A stretch of DNA of 46,672 nt from Chara braunii. Taxonomy: Eukaryota > Plantae > Charophyceae. The position numbers and the translations under genes are program-made. The DNA lies in assembly GCA_003427395.1 (NCBI GenBank), contig BFEA01000023.1, forward strand, positions 2,716,000 to 2,762,671. Direction: 5' to 3'. Below, in pieces: positions 24,801 to 36,397 of the stretch (position 1 is the stretch's first letter; each line of letters begins with the position of its first letter). The notes under the pieces were generated by a model that was not told the origin of the DNA, did no database searches, and worked only from the letters and a program-made list of their open reading frames with translations.

Positions 24801-26091
24801 GGCAGACGGCTCGACGGGCTCATTCGGTAGAGCTTGGGTAAAGAAGGGGGTTGTCAGGATTGCGGATCTCTGATCATCCTTGCTGGGTAGCTGGAAACCG
24901 TTGAGCGAGGTAAAAGCAGTTCTCAGAGGTTTGCAAGGGGTAGAGGTTCATTGGAGGGCACTGATTGACGCTGTCCCCCAAGAATGGAAGGACATTTTGG
25001 GTCCAGAGGGTTCAGACCCCGCTGGTACCTGGTATGTCCCACAGCTAGAGAGGGAAGAAGATTCTGTACTCTGGAAGATGCTGGAGATCCTCCCGAGCGA
25101 TTTCAGAAGGATAGAGAGGTGGAAATGCGAGGGCCCTGAGAACACGCTGTCCCCGATGGGAGAAGTCACTGTTCAGCTCTGGGATAATCCTGCACAGGCT
25201 CGAGTGGTGGAGGTGCGCAGCAGGTCGCCCTCGGCCCCCATTCTGACTTGGGTAGGCAGGAAACCCCTCAAGCTGCTCAGCATTGACCCGACAGCCTGGA
25301 CATGGGCGCCCAAGGCCCCATAGGAGGTGGCCCTAGTCATGCACAAATACTCGGTGGCTGCAGGATACAAACAGTAGAGACAGAAACTCAAGTCGCCTGT
25401 GGAAGTGGCGATCCCCCGTTGGCTGGCAGTGTGCGAAGAGGACCTGTCGGAGTCAAAGTCTGAGTTTGAAAGACTATGGAGCATCCTGTCCTCCCTCCCA
25501 AACGGTAAACAAGTAAGTATTGTGTGGCTGCTCTCGTTAATGGTGACCCCGTCAGCAGTCTGGCTAACCAGCAGAGGTTTGAAGGTGGACCTTGCTTGCA
25601 CAAGTTGCAGATGGCCCTTCGAGTCCACCAAGCACCTATGGTGGGAGTGCCCCGCTTCGAAGAGGATATGGAATTGGTGGGCTCATCACTGGAGAGAGTT
25701 TGGTGGCCAATGTGTGGAATGGACAGAAAAGTGGGTACTCTTGGGGTTCCTACCGAAGAACGTTAAGGGCCATCAGGGTTGGGGTTACGTGGCGCACGTA
25801 GTCAGGGGCCTGATCTGTGAGACGATCTGGATGGACAGGAACAGATCACGGTTCGAAAAACGGCCCCTTTCTGATTTGGAGACCAAGCGCTACATTAAAC
25901 AAGGGTTGAGGCATGCGATTTGGGTGGACTGGAGGCGGAAGGCAAAGTCCGGGACAGGGAGCAGACGCCAACTATTTTGGTTCCTCCGTACCTGGGCGAA
26001 GAACAACAAGTTGGCGACAATACACTCTTAGAAAGGTCTGGTGATCTCGAAGTGGCTCCTAGATGTCCCATCTGCAACTGTTAACAAATAG
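21861..26091 (+). pseudogene. LINE-B ORF2 (APE endonuclease, RT, zf-RVT), few stops and frameshifts
   Basis: ITWN, LQETK, GDWN, RLDFFL, SDH; GKSPGVDG, NWRPISLLN, QGAFVRGR, LLDLEKAYDKV, LRQGCPLAP, LADD; CTSC...ESTKHLWWEC. Confidence 0.95.
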
Positions 26092-26443
26092 GGAGGGTGG
26101 CATTGGAGGGGATACGGTTTAGTTAGTAGTCCTTCTCTTTACCAGGGCACTCGGTACGTAAGGTCGCGGTGGACCGGTAGGAGAGTGCCAGTAGTCTTGG
26201 ACGAGCTCCTCTGGGCCGTTGTAGTCCCAGACTAGTTGTTCTGGTGTTAATATCAGTCAAGAAGCTCAGTGTGAGAGGGTTGGTAACGAGCCAAGATATT
26301 CTACAGACTTTTGAAGGGACGAGAGTAAATTATTAGTAATTCTGAAAGTGCATAGGAAGCTAGTTTTTTCCACTTCAGGCTTGGTTCAGCTGTTGTAGGT
26401 TATGCTGTCAACATGATAGGTATTGGAAAGTTTATAGTATGAG

Positions 26444-26526
26444 AGTTTCTGCAGGCGTAAGCCTGTAAGCTAAGCTGGCTGATGCTGTCAGATACTCCCG
26501 AGTTGAATTGTGAGGTTCCCCACCTC
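26444..26526 (+). ncRNA. Conserved structured 3'-UTR motif, LINE-B copy
   Basis: Hairpins GCAGGC-gtaa-GCCTGT (GNRA loop), CTGGC-tgatgct-GTCAG and GAGGT-tcccc-ACCTC; lies ~23 nt before the poly(A). Confidence 0.6.
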
Positions 26527-29227
26527 CGGTTGTTGATAGTAATAATTTGAAAAAAAAAAAAAAAAAAAAGTTGTTGGCGTTGTCGGAGCAGAAACCCTTA
26601 TAAGGGTATCTGCTCGGGGTTTCTGCTCGGGATTTTCAATGTCGGGCGTTGTCCGACTGATTTCGTTTGAACGATTTGACTTGATGAGATTGGGGTTCTT
26701 GCCACAGTTTATTCAGACCTTACCTTCAACCGAGATACTAAAACTTTTTACCTAAGTCTGGACGTCTGCGGCCTGCGAGAAGAAACGGTGAGGCTCGGCG
26801 GTATGACCGGCCACGTTTGGTAAGGGCGCAAGGACTTACGATCGTTGGAATATTAAATCTAAAATCTATTTTATTGCAGCCTCGCGTTCAGGGTCTACAT
26901 GGCTAAAAAGAGCGGTTGGGTCGTGTGTGGGGCCGTGGTTCAAAATGCGCGGGGGTTCGAAGTCTTTGACTAAAAAATTATCCCTCGTCGGAATTCGAAC
27001 TCGCACTGAAGTGGCAAACGACCAGCGTTGGATGAGTGCTTGATCCGGGAATGGGCGGCCAACCATCTAAGTGGCAAGATCAGGTAAAGCTTGTTAGGCT
27101 ACATATTGAGTTTTTGCTCGGGACAGAGCTCTTCATATTGAATGGTCGCTCCTATTTGATATGAAAACGGAGGTATTAAAAAAAAAAAAAAAAAAACAGT
27201 CAGTAAACGCATTGGACTTTAACAAAGCAGGTAATTGGCTCGAATCTTAAAGCGTCTTACTGGCGCTAGCTCCTTTAACTAGAGCGCCGCGACCCGTGCA
27301 GGGGGAAATAATAGATAGGCGAGGTTGATCTAGACCCCGCGATCATCATGATCTCGACGCCAAGTTCAGTCACGTCGGCGAGAGCAACCCCAGTGCAAGG
27401 ATGACACATATCAATCGACAAATGGTTAAAAATAAAATTAAAAAATATAAGATCATTAAGGAAACTGCCTCGCTAAGTCTGTGGTTGTTGTACGGTCACA
27501 GTTAACCTTTGATCTTGTTGTCGATCAAAGGTCCACAGTGAGTTCGCAATTTTGGTTGGGGGATGGAATGACGGGCCACACTCCTACAGGTAGTACAAAA
27601 GAGGTAGTTGTCCCCCAACCGTCACACAAAGCGCTCATGATGTCAGTGTGTGATAACACACTTGAGTGTCGGAGGAGCTGGAGGTGTTGTTGGCGAAGCT
27701 GCTGGAGGAGTGTTGGAGAAGTGAAAAACTACAGTAGAGGAGTTGAAAGATTAGTTTGGCATCCATAGCCGAGGTTAGAAGCACTCTGCCTCACTCTCAG
27801 GCTGACGCTGACCCTTGGGACTAGTCATGGGTTCACTTTGTTGAATCAGGACCTCGCTCTTAGGCATGGTGTCAACATTTTGGTCCTTGATTGGACCAAG
27901 ACCTCGCTCCAGAGCTAAGGTTAGAAGCACTCTGCCCCAGGTCCAAGGTTTTATTATTTCTGTGAGGTTTTTCGTCAAAGGCAGCAGGTTGCACTCCCTT
28001 CGGTGGGGTTATGATATTGAAATTACGACACTTCGGCAACAATATTTTTAGAAGAGATATGTTGCTGACATCCTGCGGAATCGGTGACGCTTTCATGTGC
28101 AGCGTTATGCTGCTCATTTTGCGAAGCGCTTAATAGTGGTAATTGGGGGGCAAGTGCTGTTAATTTTTTTGTCACAGTGGACCATTTTTGGTGTGGGTGT
28201 CTAGGTGATGGTACTACTTTGTGACCTAGGGCTAGACTGAACGACGCGGCAACCGGTAACCTTCTTTTTTTCTAGAATGATATTTGCATGACGTTTTAGA
28301 TATTTCGTGCAACAACATGGTTTGGTGGTGATATTAATGTTTGGTGCATGACTTGGTTCCACATTTGTGGTTTTGCAGAGCGGCGCTCAGTTTTTTTACT
28401 ACCGATGTGCTTGCGTCGTAAACGAGTGGAGTCATTAGCACCACTTTGCAGTGTCGCAAACTCATAGTGGTATCAACAAGACTTTTTGGAGTGCATGCTC
28501 GCAAGGGATTCACTGTTAATGTGGTTTTTGCACTAAAGTTCGTCGTTAATTTTTTTAGTGCGGAAACTCAAGTGGGGTCGGGGGATATACGCTACGGGAT
28601 TTCCGAGTTGTTCTCAATACTCTAGGTAAACCTTATTCTCGTTATGAAGATTGATGATAATATGAAAATTAAGTTTATTTCAGTTCGACATTTCCTAATT
28701 TTTAGCTTGAGAGAAAATTCGGTAGGCCAAATCGACTTAAATAATTTAAGTTTGATGGTTTGGCGACGATGAGTCGTGGGACTATGTCTGTTGAGAAGTC
28801 AAGAATAATCAGCGTCGTTGTAATTTGCTGAATATCAACTCTATTTTTTTTTAAAAGATTTTTTGTGTGACCAAGTCACGTCTTGAATGTTTGAACTTCG
28901 TATTTTTCGAAGCTTGCCTCGATCCTCAGACTAAGTTAAGGAGAGTAATCCAACACGCTCAAATTGTCGAAACCTGCCTTTGTGACAAGATAAAAGTACA
29001 AGTTTTTAACGTATTTAGTCTGCACAATAAATAAAAAGAACAAAATTTAGAAAATGAACTTATAAAGTTGAAACCTTTGTGATCATACTTTTCGTCAGAT
29101 TGGTTTATGTAACTTAATTGTGTTATATTCAAATTATGCGGTTATCAAATTTGATCAAAATATGAAGTTTGCCAATTTTATTTTGTCGTATCATTTTTTT
29201 TTTTAATGTTTTGAATATTATTGTACA

Positions 29228-30002
29228 CAGGGTTGCCGGCATTCGGGACGGGCCGAACGCCCAAACCCGAACGCCCGAACGTACGGGATTCCTTCGAAAG
29301 GCGTTCGGTTGTTCGAACCGAATGCAGTCAAAAAAAAAAAAAAAAAAAAAAAAAACACAAATTTTCAAAAAATTCCGAAAACAAAATATGTTATGGAGAA
29401 AAGTAAACTAAACAACATTTGCCTGGGCACTACATCCAAATTCTTAACCAAATTTGAATTAAAAATCAAATACATAAAATAAACACTATGATAAAATAAG
29501 AAAAAATAAAAAGAGAATTAAAATGAGTGAGTGTGCCAGCACCTTTTCGACACCGCCATCTTTGCCGATTTTTAATTATTTTTTGGCATTGACGAATGCC
29601 CCGAAAATTTACAGATATGTGGTTTACATAATCAATAAATCATTAAAAGTTTTTTAAAAAATAATAAAATTGTTTAGGCCCCGAAATCAAGTGAAAACAA
29701 AAAGTAAAAAATGAAAAAAAAACAAAATAGTGAGTGGGCGAGCACGTTTTGACACCTCCCTCTTTGACGATTTGTAATGTTTTTTTGGCTTAACAGAATG
29801 GCTTCAAAATTTATAGGCGTGTAAGTTACATTATAGAGAACTCACAAAAAAACATTCAGAAAAAAAAACGTAATTTTAGGCTCCAAAACAATTTTTGGCG
29901 GGGGCCAAACCTAGAGGTGTTCGGCCCCCGAACGGGACCGCGAACGCCCGAACGTTCGGGGGCCAGCTCGGGTGCCCCCGAACGTTCGGTCAGGTAACCC
30001 TG
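29228..30002 (+). mobile_element. Non-autonomous hAT-type MITE (775 bp)
   Basis: TIR CAGGGTTGCC...GGTAACCCTG; 8-bp TSD ATTGTACA (29220-29227 / 30003-30010); clusters of subterminal CCGAACG motifs; AT-rich core. Confidence 0.9.
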
Positions 30003-31289
30003 ATTGTACAATCTATTTTATGCAATTGCATAAATTATTTTTTTTTTTTGTCGGTAGATTGGTTTTACTTCAAATGATTGTATGAATGCTTAATTTTTGT
30101 ATTAACTTATTTTCCAAGGTAAGTATTTTATTAAATGGTCAGGATCAATCCATTTTCACATTTGATTAAATCAGTTATGGTCGATCAACGTTAATTTTGT
30201 ACTTAGGAGATAAGTATCTTGGGTAACAAACGATGTTCCATTCTGACTGAGATTTAACAACGTGTCTATACTACAACGAACGTACAAACAACCTAGGTTG
30301 ATCCACCTTTGCGATTGTATATATAATTTTTTCCTACATGGGTCGATAGCTCGACATAGGATACACCCCAAGGATGTTGATATCTCTTAAGGGAAGGAAA
30401 ATTATGCTAATAAGATTTTGTCATGTCGTAGAGGAATGCGAGAGGTACAAATAACATACCTGGCTAAAGCGACGAACCCCGTTTTTTCCTGTTCGGATGA
30501 CAGGGATGCATTCTTCTAAAGCCAAACTCCTAAGTGATATGGTTAAAAGAGTTCCTTCCAAAAATTGTCGGAACCAATCTTTTCAATGTCGTTTATTTAT
30601 TATTTATAACTTATTTTATAGGAATAATGCTTTGCAACTCGCGTGAGTCTGAACATATGTGACATGGTGTGTGTGTAACACCGTAACACTCAAACATGAG
30701 ATACGTCATGGTTTGTCACTGAAGTGACATATTGAATATGCGCCCCTCAAAGGTTTCGGTATTTGCGCACGATATTCACATGTCAACTGAAAAATAATGT
30801 AGATGTTTAACCTCAACGACATAGAGTTACTAAAAAATAAGTCATTTAGTCATTGAAACGATTTTTCCCTTAGACATGACAGCAAGTGGCAATGATCCGA
30901 TGTCCTCACCTTAAACCACCAGTTAACTGTCGTGCACTGTTGATCGATTGCAACAAACTGCGAACAGGCCTGGGCCATTCGACAGAGGGTGGGTGAAGGC
31001 TTGACAGTTTTTTCCCGTTGGGTCTATAAATTATAAGTTTGCTGCTTACCAATACACATACGCACACACACGAGTTCTAAAAAAAATAATAATAAAATTC
31101 AGAAATCGCCACACCACTCTGAAAATGTGCAAAATGAGAATAACTTCCCGCTATAATATAGTCAGATGCCCCCACCTGATTTTTTTTTTTTTTTTTAAAT
31201 CTTATTTCACATTTCGAGTGTGGTGTGGAGAGACCCTTTGTTTTGTTTTTTACCGTATTTTATGTTTTTTACTTTTTTATTTTTTTTAG

Positions 31290-31600
31290 AGAGAGAGAGA
31301 CAAAGAGACAGAGAGAGACAGAGAGAGCGAGACAAAGAGAGAGAACAATGATGATATGTTGCCCGACTATTGGGCAGACACGTCAAGATGATGGTCGTGT
31401 ATTGTCCCTTCCCTCAGGGAAAGATTCATCCTCTGGTGAATGAATCTTCCCTTAAGAGAAGGGAGGATACACGACCATCATCCGTCGGGATGAATCTTCC
31501 CCTGAGAAAAAGGGAGGATACTCGACCATCATCCCAACGCATCAGCCTAGCAGTCGGGCAACATATGACCATTGTTCTCTATCTCTCTGTCTCTCTCTCT
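31290..31600. repeat. Foldback element with (GA)n/(TC)n ends
   Basis: gagagaacaatg..atatgttgcccgact...gatgatggtcg.gtat...cctcagggaaagattcatcc is the reverse complement of ggatgaatcttcccctgag...atactcgaccatcatc...agtcgggcaacatatgaccattgttctct. The right arm recurs at ~33885-33990. Confidence 0.75.
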
Positions 31601-31601
31601 A

Positions 31602-31662
31602 ACACACACACACACATACACATACACACACACATACACACACACACACATATACACACTCA

Positions 31663-31716
<54 letters not shown>

Positions 31717-31717
31717 N

Positions 31718-31795
<78 letters not shown>
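31602..31795. repeat. (CA)n / N / (GA)n microsatellite junction
   Basis: A (CA)n run, an ambiguous base at 31717, then a long (GA)n run. Confidence 0.9.
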
Positions 31796-31796
<1 letters not shown>

Positions 31797-32884
31797 AAAT
31801 GGTTGGTGGGTCTGGGGGGAGGATGACGTGGAGTGGCGACGTGGATAATAGCGGCGTTGACGTGTACAGGTACTAGGTATCTAGAGAATTCGTATCTTCA
31901 GTTGGGGCACATATGCAATTTTTCCACTGTTTGGCTGGTGGCGCAAGGCGTTTTCGGGTCTGTTGAAGAACAGCAGCGTGACGGGAAAAAAAAAAAAAAG
32001 TTCCCCCTTACTGCCCACCGACAGCAAAAACAAAGCATAAAGAGGAAAAAAAAAAATGGAGGTGTGTCGGTAAGGTACACAAGTGGCATTTAGGAGGTCT
32101 ACGGTTGAATCCCCATTGGCCTCATGCACCTTCCTGGGCAAGCTTGCCTCCCGCAACCCCCCCCCCCCTTAGAGATATGTCGTTTGCCCCTCTGGATGAC
32201 ATTGAGCAGAGACTGCTAACGTTCATAGGGGGACGGGACCGGAGGGGAGGTACAGTGACTGCCCCATCGAAGAAGCTCGGTCCTGATGCTACCGGCTGAC
32301 CCCTGGCCGGTATCACCCACCTGCTGTAGCAGGTATTGCACCTGGTGGTGGGTGCAGCTCCCGCATGTTCCCTCGTTGGAGGCTTGAGCACGGATGTGGC
32401 TGCTACGGGGTTTCCCGTAATACTATAATGACAAAAGAAAAGGCCTGAAAGGCCGTCCTGTCCAGATTCGACATGTCATTGAATTGGAGGGGCCCGGTGG
32501 CCAAGGCTCAAACCGACCGACATACGCCTCTTCCCATTACGACAGGAGGAGTGTTGTTCGTTGCCATTACGCCTGTGGAGAATAGTGGGCTGCGGGTGCG
32601 CAACTTAAAAATTTAGGAGGGGGGCGTGAAAGTATAGCGGGAAGATTTTTTGAAGCGTTTTGAACCGGGTGGACAACAAAAGTCGGCTTTCGAGACGACA
32701 CTGTTTTTTGGTGACATCGACCTTGGAACTCCGCGAACCGCTACAGCACCGTCCTTCGTCATTTGCCGGCCTTGAGCGCGTTGCATGCCGTAGCCGGCGC
32801 CAGTTACTGAGTTTGTCTTTCTGCCGTGGCATGTCGTTCCTCTCGGGTTGATCTTCTTTCCTTCGTAGAACCATCTCTCCCTCT

Positions 32885-32922
<38 letters not shown>

Positions 32923-33115
32923 GCCTGCAACGGAATTGATCTGGTGCTGCATCATGGAAAGAACATGGTGCCAGATGAGCGTGACTCAGTGTATCTTTCC
33001 ATGTTCTAGCGCAATATTAATACTCATTTATTTTTATTTTTATTTTTTTTTATCTGCAGAAAGCCATCTTCCACCGTCCGATCCCTGATGTGATGTTGGA
33101 CGAGGTTGACGAGGA

Positions 33116-33727
33116 GTGGGGGAAGGAGCGGGAGGAGCGGGTTTTAATCGTAGTGTGTTTTATCTTTTCGTAGGAGATGGGTATGGCGGGATCTTTGTGA
33201 CGTTGTTTGGCGAAGGAGGAGCGGGAGGAGGAGGGGGAGGGACGGGAGGAGGAGCGGTTTTATTTTTTGTAGTTTTCTTTTTTTATTTAGTAGTATATGG
33301 CTATGGCGGGATCTTTGTCACGTTGTCTGGCGGAGGAGGTATAGGATGGCGTAGGCATCGTAGTTTTCTTTTGTTTTTTCGTAGGAGATGGGTTTGGCGG
33401 GATCTTTTTCACATTGCTTGGCGGAGGAGGAGCGGGAGGAGCGGCCACAAAAGCGGGGTTTTTTTGGCAGTTCTCGTTGTTTTTTTCAGTAGTACATGGC
33501 TATGGCGGGATCTTTGTCATGTTGTTTGCCGGAGGAGGGGCGAAAGGAGGAGCGGGAGGACCGAGTTTTTATTTGTAGTTTTCTTTTTTTTTCCCGTAGG
33601 AGATGACTTTGGCGGGATCTTCGTCACGTTCTTCAAGTTTGGAGGAGGAGCCGGAGGAGTGGGAGGAGCGGGCGGAGCGAGGGGAGGAGGGGGAGGGGCG
33701 GGAGGACGGGAAGGAGCGGGGGTCAGG
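33116..33727. repeat. Degenerate ~90-120-bp tandem repeat (5 units), GGA-rich
   Basis: Core ggcgggatctttgtcacgttgt..ggcggaggag at ~33185, 33305, 33396, 33503 and 33611; reads PP.NVTKIPP on minus, but frames are not maintained. Confidence 0.8.
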
Positions 33728-33765
33728 CTGTCTCTTATACACATCTAGATGTGTATAAGAGACAG
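33728..33765. other. Nextera mate-pair junction adapter (two Tn5 mosaic ends) - assembly artefact
   Basis: Exact CTGTCTCTTATACACATCT + AGATGTGTATAAGAGACAG. Confidence 0.98.
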
Positions 33766-34860
33766 GCGTTCGTCAGTATTCCGACCTTGCTGTACTACTC
33801 TCCAAATATGCAAAATGAGACTGAATTCACTGCTAGAACATGGAAAGATACATAACCATTTTTATTTTTATTTTTTTCTTGTAGGGGAGGATAGTCGACC
33901 ATCATCCCAACGCATCTGCCCAGCAATCGGGCAACATATGACTGTTGTTATCTGTCTCTTTGTCTCTCTCTCTAACACACACATACATACATGCGCACAC
34001 ACTCACACCCACACCCACACCCCCGCCCCCCCCCACACACATTGTCAAACAAACAAACAAAATAAGCACACACATACGCACATTCCAACGTAGCGCTTTG
34101 GAATGTGCGTTCGTCAGTATTCTGGTCTTGCTGTACTAGTCTCCAAATATGCAAAATGAGACTGAATTCACTGCTAGAACATGGAAAGGTACATAACCAT
34201 TTTTATTTTTATTTTTTTCTCGTAGAGATTAGTGCAGTGATGTGTGTGAGCCACGGACCGTTTCGTCGGACTTTCACCGACTCATCAGGAGGTTGAACCC
34301 CAACAGTCTGCCCATGATGCGTTAGACTGATGGACAAGGACTAAGTGTGTGTGTATAGGCATCGCTCCTCTGCTGTCCACATGACGGAGGGGAAAAAATC
34401 ATGGTGGTGTATCTTTCTATGTTTTAGTGAAAGATTCAGGGCCTCGCTTCACTACTCTCCAAATGTGCAACATGAGAACGAACCTTCCATTACAACATGA
34501 AAAGATACACAACCATATTTTTTTATCTTTTATGCATGCGGAGAGTAGTGTAGCGAGGCCCTCAATGTCGTTTTGCAAACGTAGAGAGTAGTGTAGGGAG
34601 CCTCTTTGTATGTGTGTATGTGTGTGTTTGTGTGTGTGTGTATGTGTGTGCGCTTGCATGTGTAGGCCTCGCTCCACTACTATCCATATGCAGAACGGAA
34701 AAAAATCAAGGCGGTGTATTTTTCCATGTTTGATCCACTACTGTCCACATGCGGGAGGGAAAAAAATCATGGTGGTGTATCTTTTCATGTTCTGGTGAAA
34801 GATTCATTCATCATTTTATATATGTTGAGAGTAGTGTAGCGAGCCACTGAGTGTGTGTGT
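33766..34860. repeat. Complex repeat block (direct and inverted modules with CA/GT microsatellites)
   Basis: ~115-bp direct repeat 33766-33880 / 34107-34222; atcatggtggtgtatctt module at ~34398 and ~34766; inverted repeat 34438-34460 / 34540-34562; hairpin 34076-34110. Confidence 0.75.
34253..34311 (-). ncRNA. Type III hammerhead ribozyme
   Basis: Minus: gcaGACTGT-T-GGGG ttcaa CCTC-CTGATGA-GTCGG tgaaagt CCGAC-GAA-ACGGTCcgt. Full core (CUGAUGA, GAAA, GUU triplet) and all three stems pair. Confidence 0.88.
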
Positions 34861-36119
34861 GTGTGTGTGTGTGGAGTCGGTTATGTAAGGCGCGTTGGCG
34901 TACCCTCCACTTCGTGAAATGTAGGGCAGCCATGTGCCTGGCATAGCCCACCACCATCTCAAAACAAATAACGAAAAACAGAACACAGTTAGGCGGCAGG
35001 GTGACGAATTATAAATGGGGACGCGACCTAAAATGATTTCTAGTCGGGGCACCTCTGCAACAAGTGGAAACACTGAAAAAAGAAAGTACGAAAAAAAAAA
35101 AAAAAAAAAAAAAACACGACGACCTATTTCGTGGACCTCATGTCCATTTTTTCTAAGAGTCTGAACCTTGGTATTGATACCACGTTCTTTTCCAGAGACC
35201 GGTACCGGAGTCTTGGAGTTTTGGGTAAACGAATTTCCAAAGCCTAGGAAAGAAGTCTGGGTGAACTGGTGGTGTAAGAGTGACCTCGTAGGTTGAACAA
35301 GGACCTTGACTTTCGGTCAAGAACTTTGGGTGGAGGATACACGTATCCAACAATCGACTTTAAAAACTGAAAGTTAAACTAACTAGAGTTGGCTTGCACA
35401 TGTATGCATGCAGTAGGTGATCAAGTTGAGGACTTAAACAACATTAGGTGGTCACATAAGGCATCCAATAGTCATTCTCACTGTTATAGGTGCAATTTGT
35501 CCATCAACTTGCACATATTCAATCATACGATATAAATAAATTCGTACTTTTTCAAGCATACATGCACCTATAATCAAATAGTGTCACTGTCATGCACTAA
35601 TGTGGTGCCAGTGAACACTTTAATCACCTTACCATCTCCCTTACACCTCTCCCCAAACCACTCTCGGGGAGATATCACCCAACATGTTCATTTTTTTAAT
35701 CCCTACACAACAATTCAAGAGATGTTGAGATGAAAATTAAGGGAAATACCATTTATTTATAGGGTCTTAGATTTGGGTGTTGATTCCAGAATATATGATG
35801 GTGCATTGCAAACTAACCTATTGTCAATTGATAATAACACTTGACAATCCTTGAAGGTTTCGGATATTCGACAATATTTGCGAGTAAAAGTGATAGGTGG
35901 TCACACTTGAAAACAAAAATAATTGTAAGAGTTCACACCAAGGGAAAGAAACTTCATTAAATCATTGGTACCTTCGAGCCTATTTTTGTCAAGCATGAAT
36001 TTCACTGCGCTCCGAGTTTTCCCAAGTCGGGGTCCCTCTCTATTTTCTTTTCTCGTACTCTCACAGAAAGAAAAAAAAACGAAAAAAAAAGTGGCAGTCG
36101 TGAAACTTACAAAAGATAG

Positions 36120-36397
36120 AACCGTTATTTCGTCAAAACGGACATATTATATTTTTTTAACAAAATTAAAATAAAGTTTTTTGGTCGAAATACGGTCCAA
36201 ACTTTTTGTTCCTTGAGGTTCGGTGGACCCCCTAGATGAATCTGGCCCCAAGATGAGACCAGATACATCTAAAGGGGCCGGCGTTCTAGGAATGCCGGAC
36301 CCCCACGAACCAAAAGTTTGGACCGGATTTCGGCCCAAAAACTCAATTTTAATTTCGTTAAAAAAATATAATATGTCCGTTTCGACGAAATGGTTGT
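36120..36397. mobile_element. Foldback MITE with ~100-bp terminal inverted repeats
   Basis: atttcgtcaaaacggacatattatatttttttaac...cggtccaaactttt (~36126-36223) is the reverse complement of ~36295-36393; inner hairpin cccctagatgaatctgg...ccagatacatctaaagggg. No clean TSD. Confidence 0.75.

Larger units (their letters stand above)
17415..26569 (+). mobile_element. LINE-B: full-length decayed L1/Tx1-clade element with a ~1.8-kb 5' region
   Basis: Perfect 10-bp TSD GTTGTTGGCG (17405-17414 / 26570-26579); pure A20 tail 26550-26569; begins GAAAAAAG; ORF1 and ORF2 present. Confidence 0.95.

Noticed and set aside
32122-32391. CxxCxHH peptide (minus) as a SWIM/transposase fragment
   Set aside because: Spacing does not fit SWIM and there is no supporting flanking homology.
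33116-33748. Gly-rich (plus) or extensin-like Pro-rich (minus) gene
   Set aside because: Degenerate tandem repeat with frame-breaking unit lengths; the ORF ends in the adapter artefact.
34076-34118. CUGACGA plus 13-bp hairpin on minus as another hammerhead
   Set aside because: The stem is followed by AUG rather than GAAA; core incomplete.
34450-34550. CACTAC...GTAGTG as CACTA transposon ends
   Set aside because: The inverted repeat extends beyond the motif and there is no 3-bp TSD.
35153-35353. 66-aa ORF as a host exon
   Set aside because: No recognisable domain or consistent splice pair.
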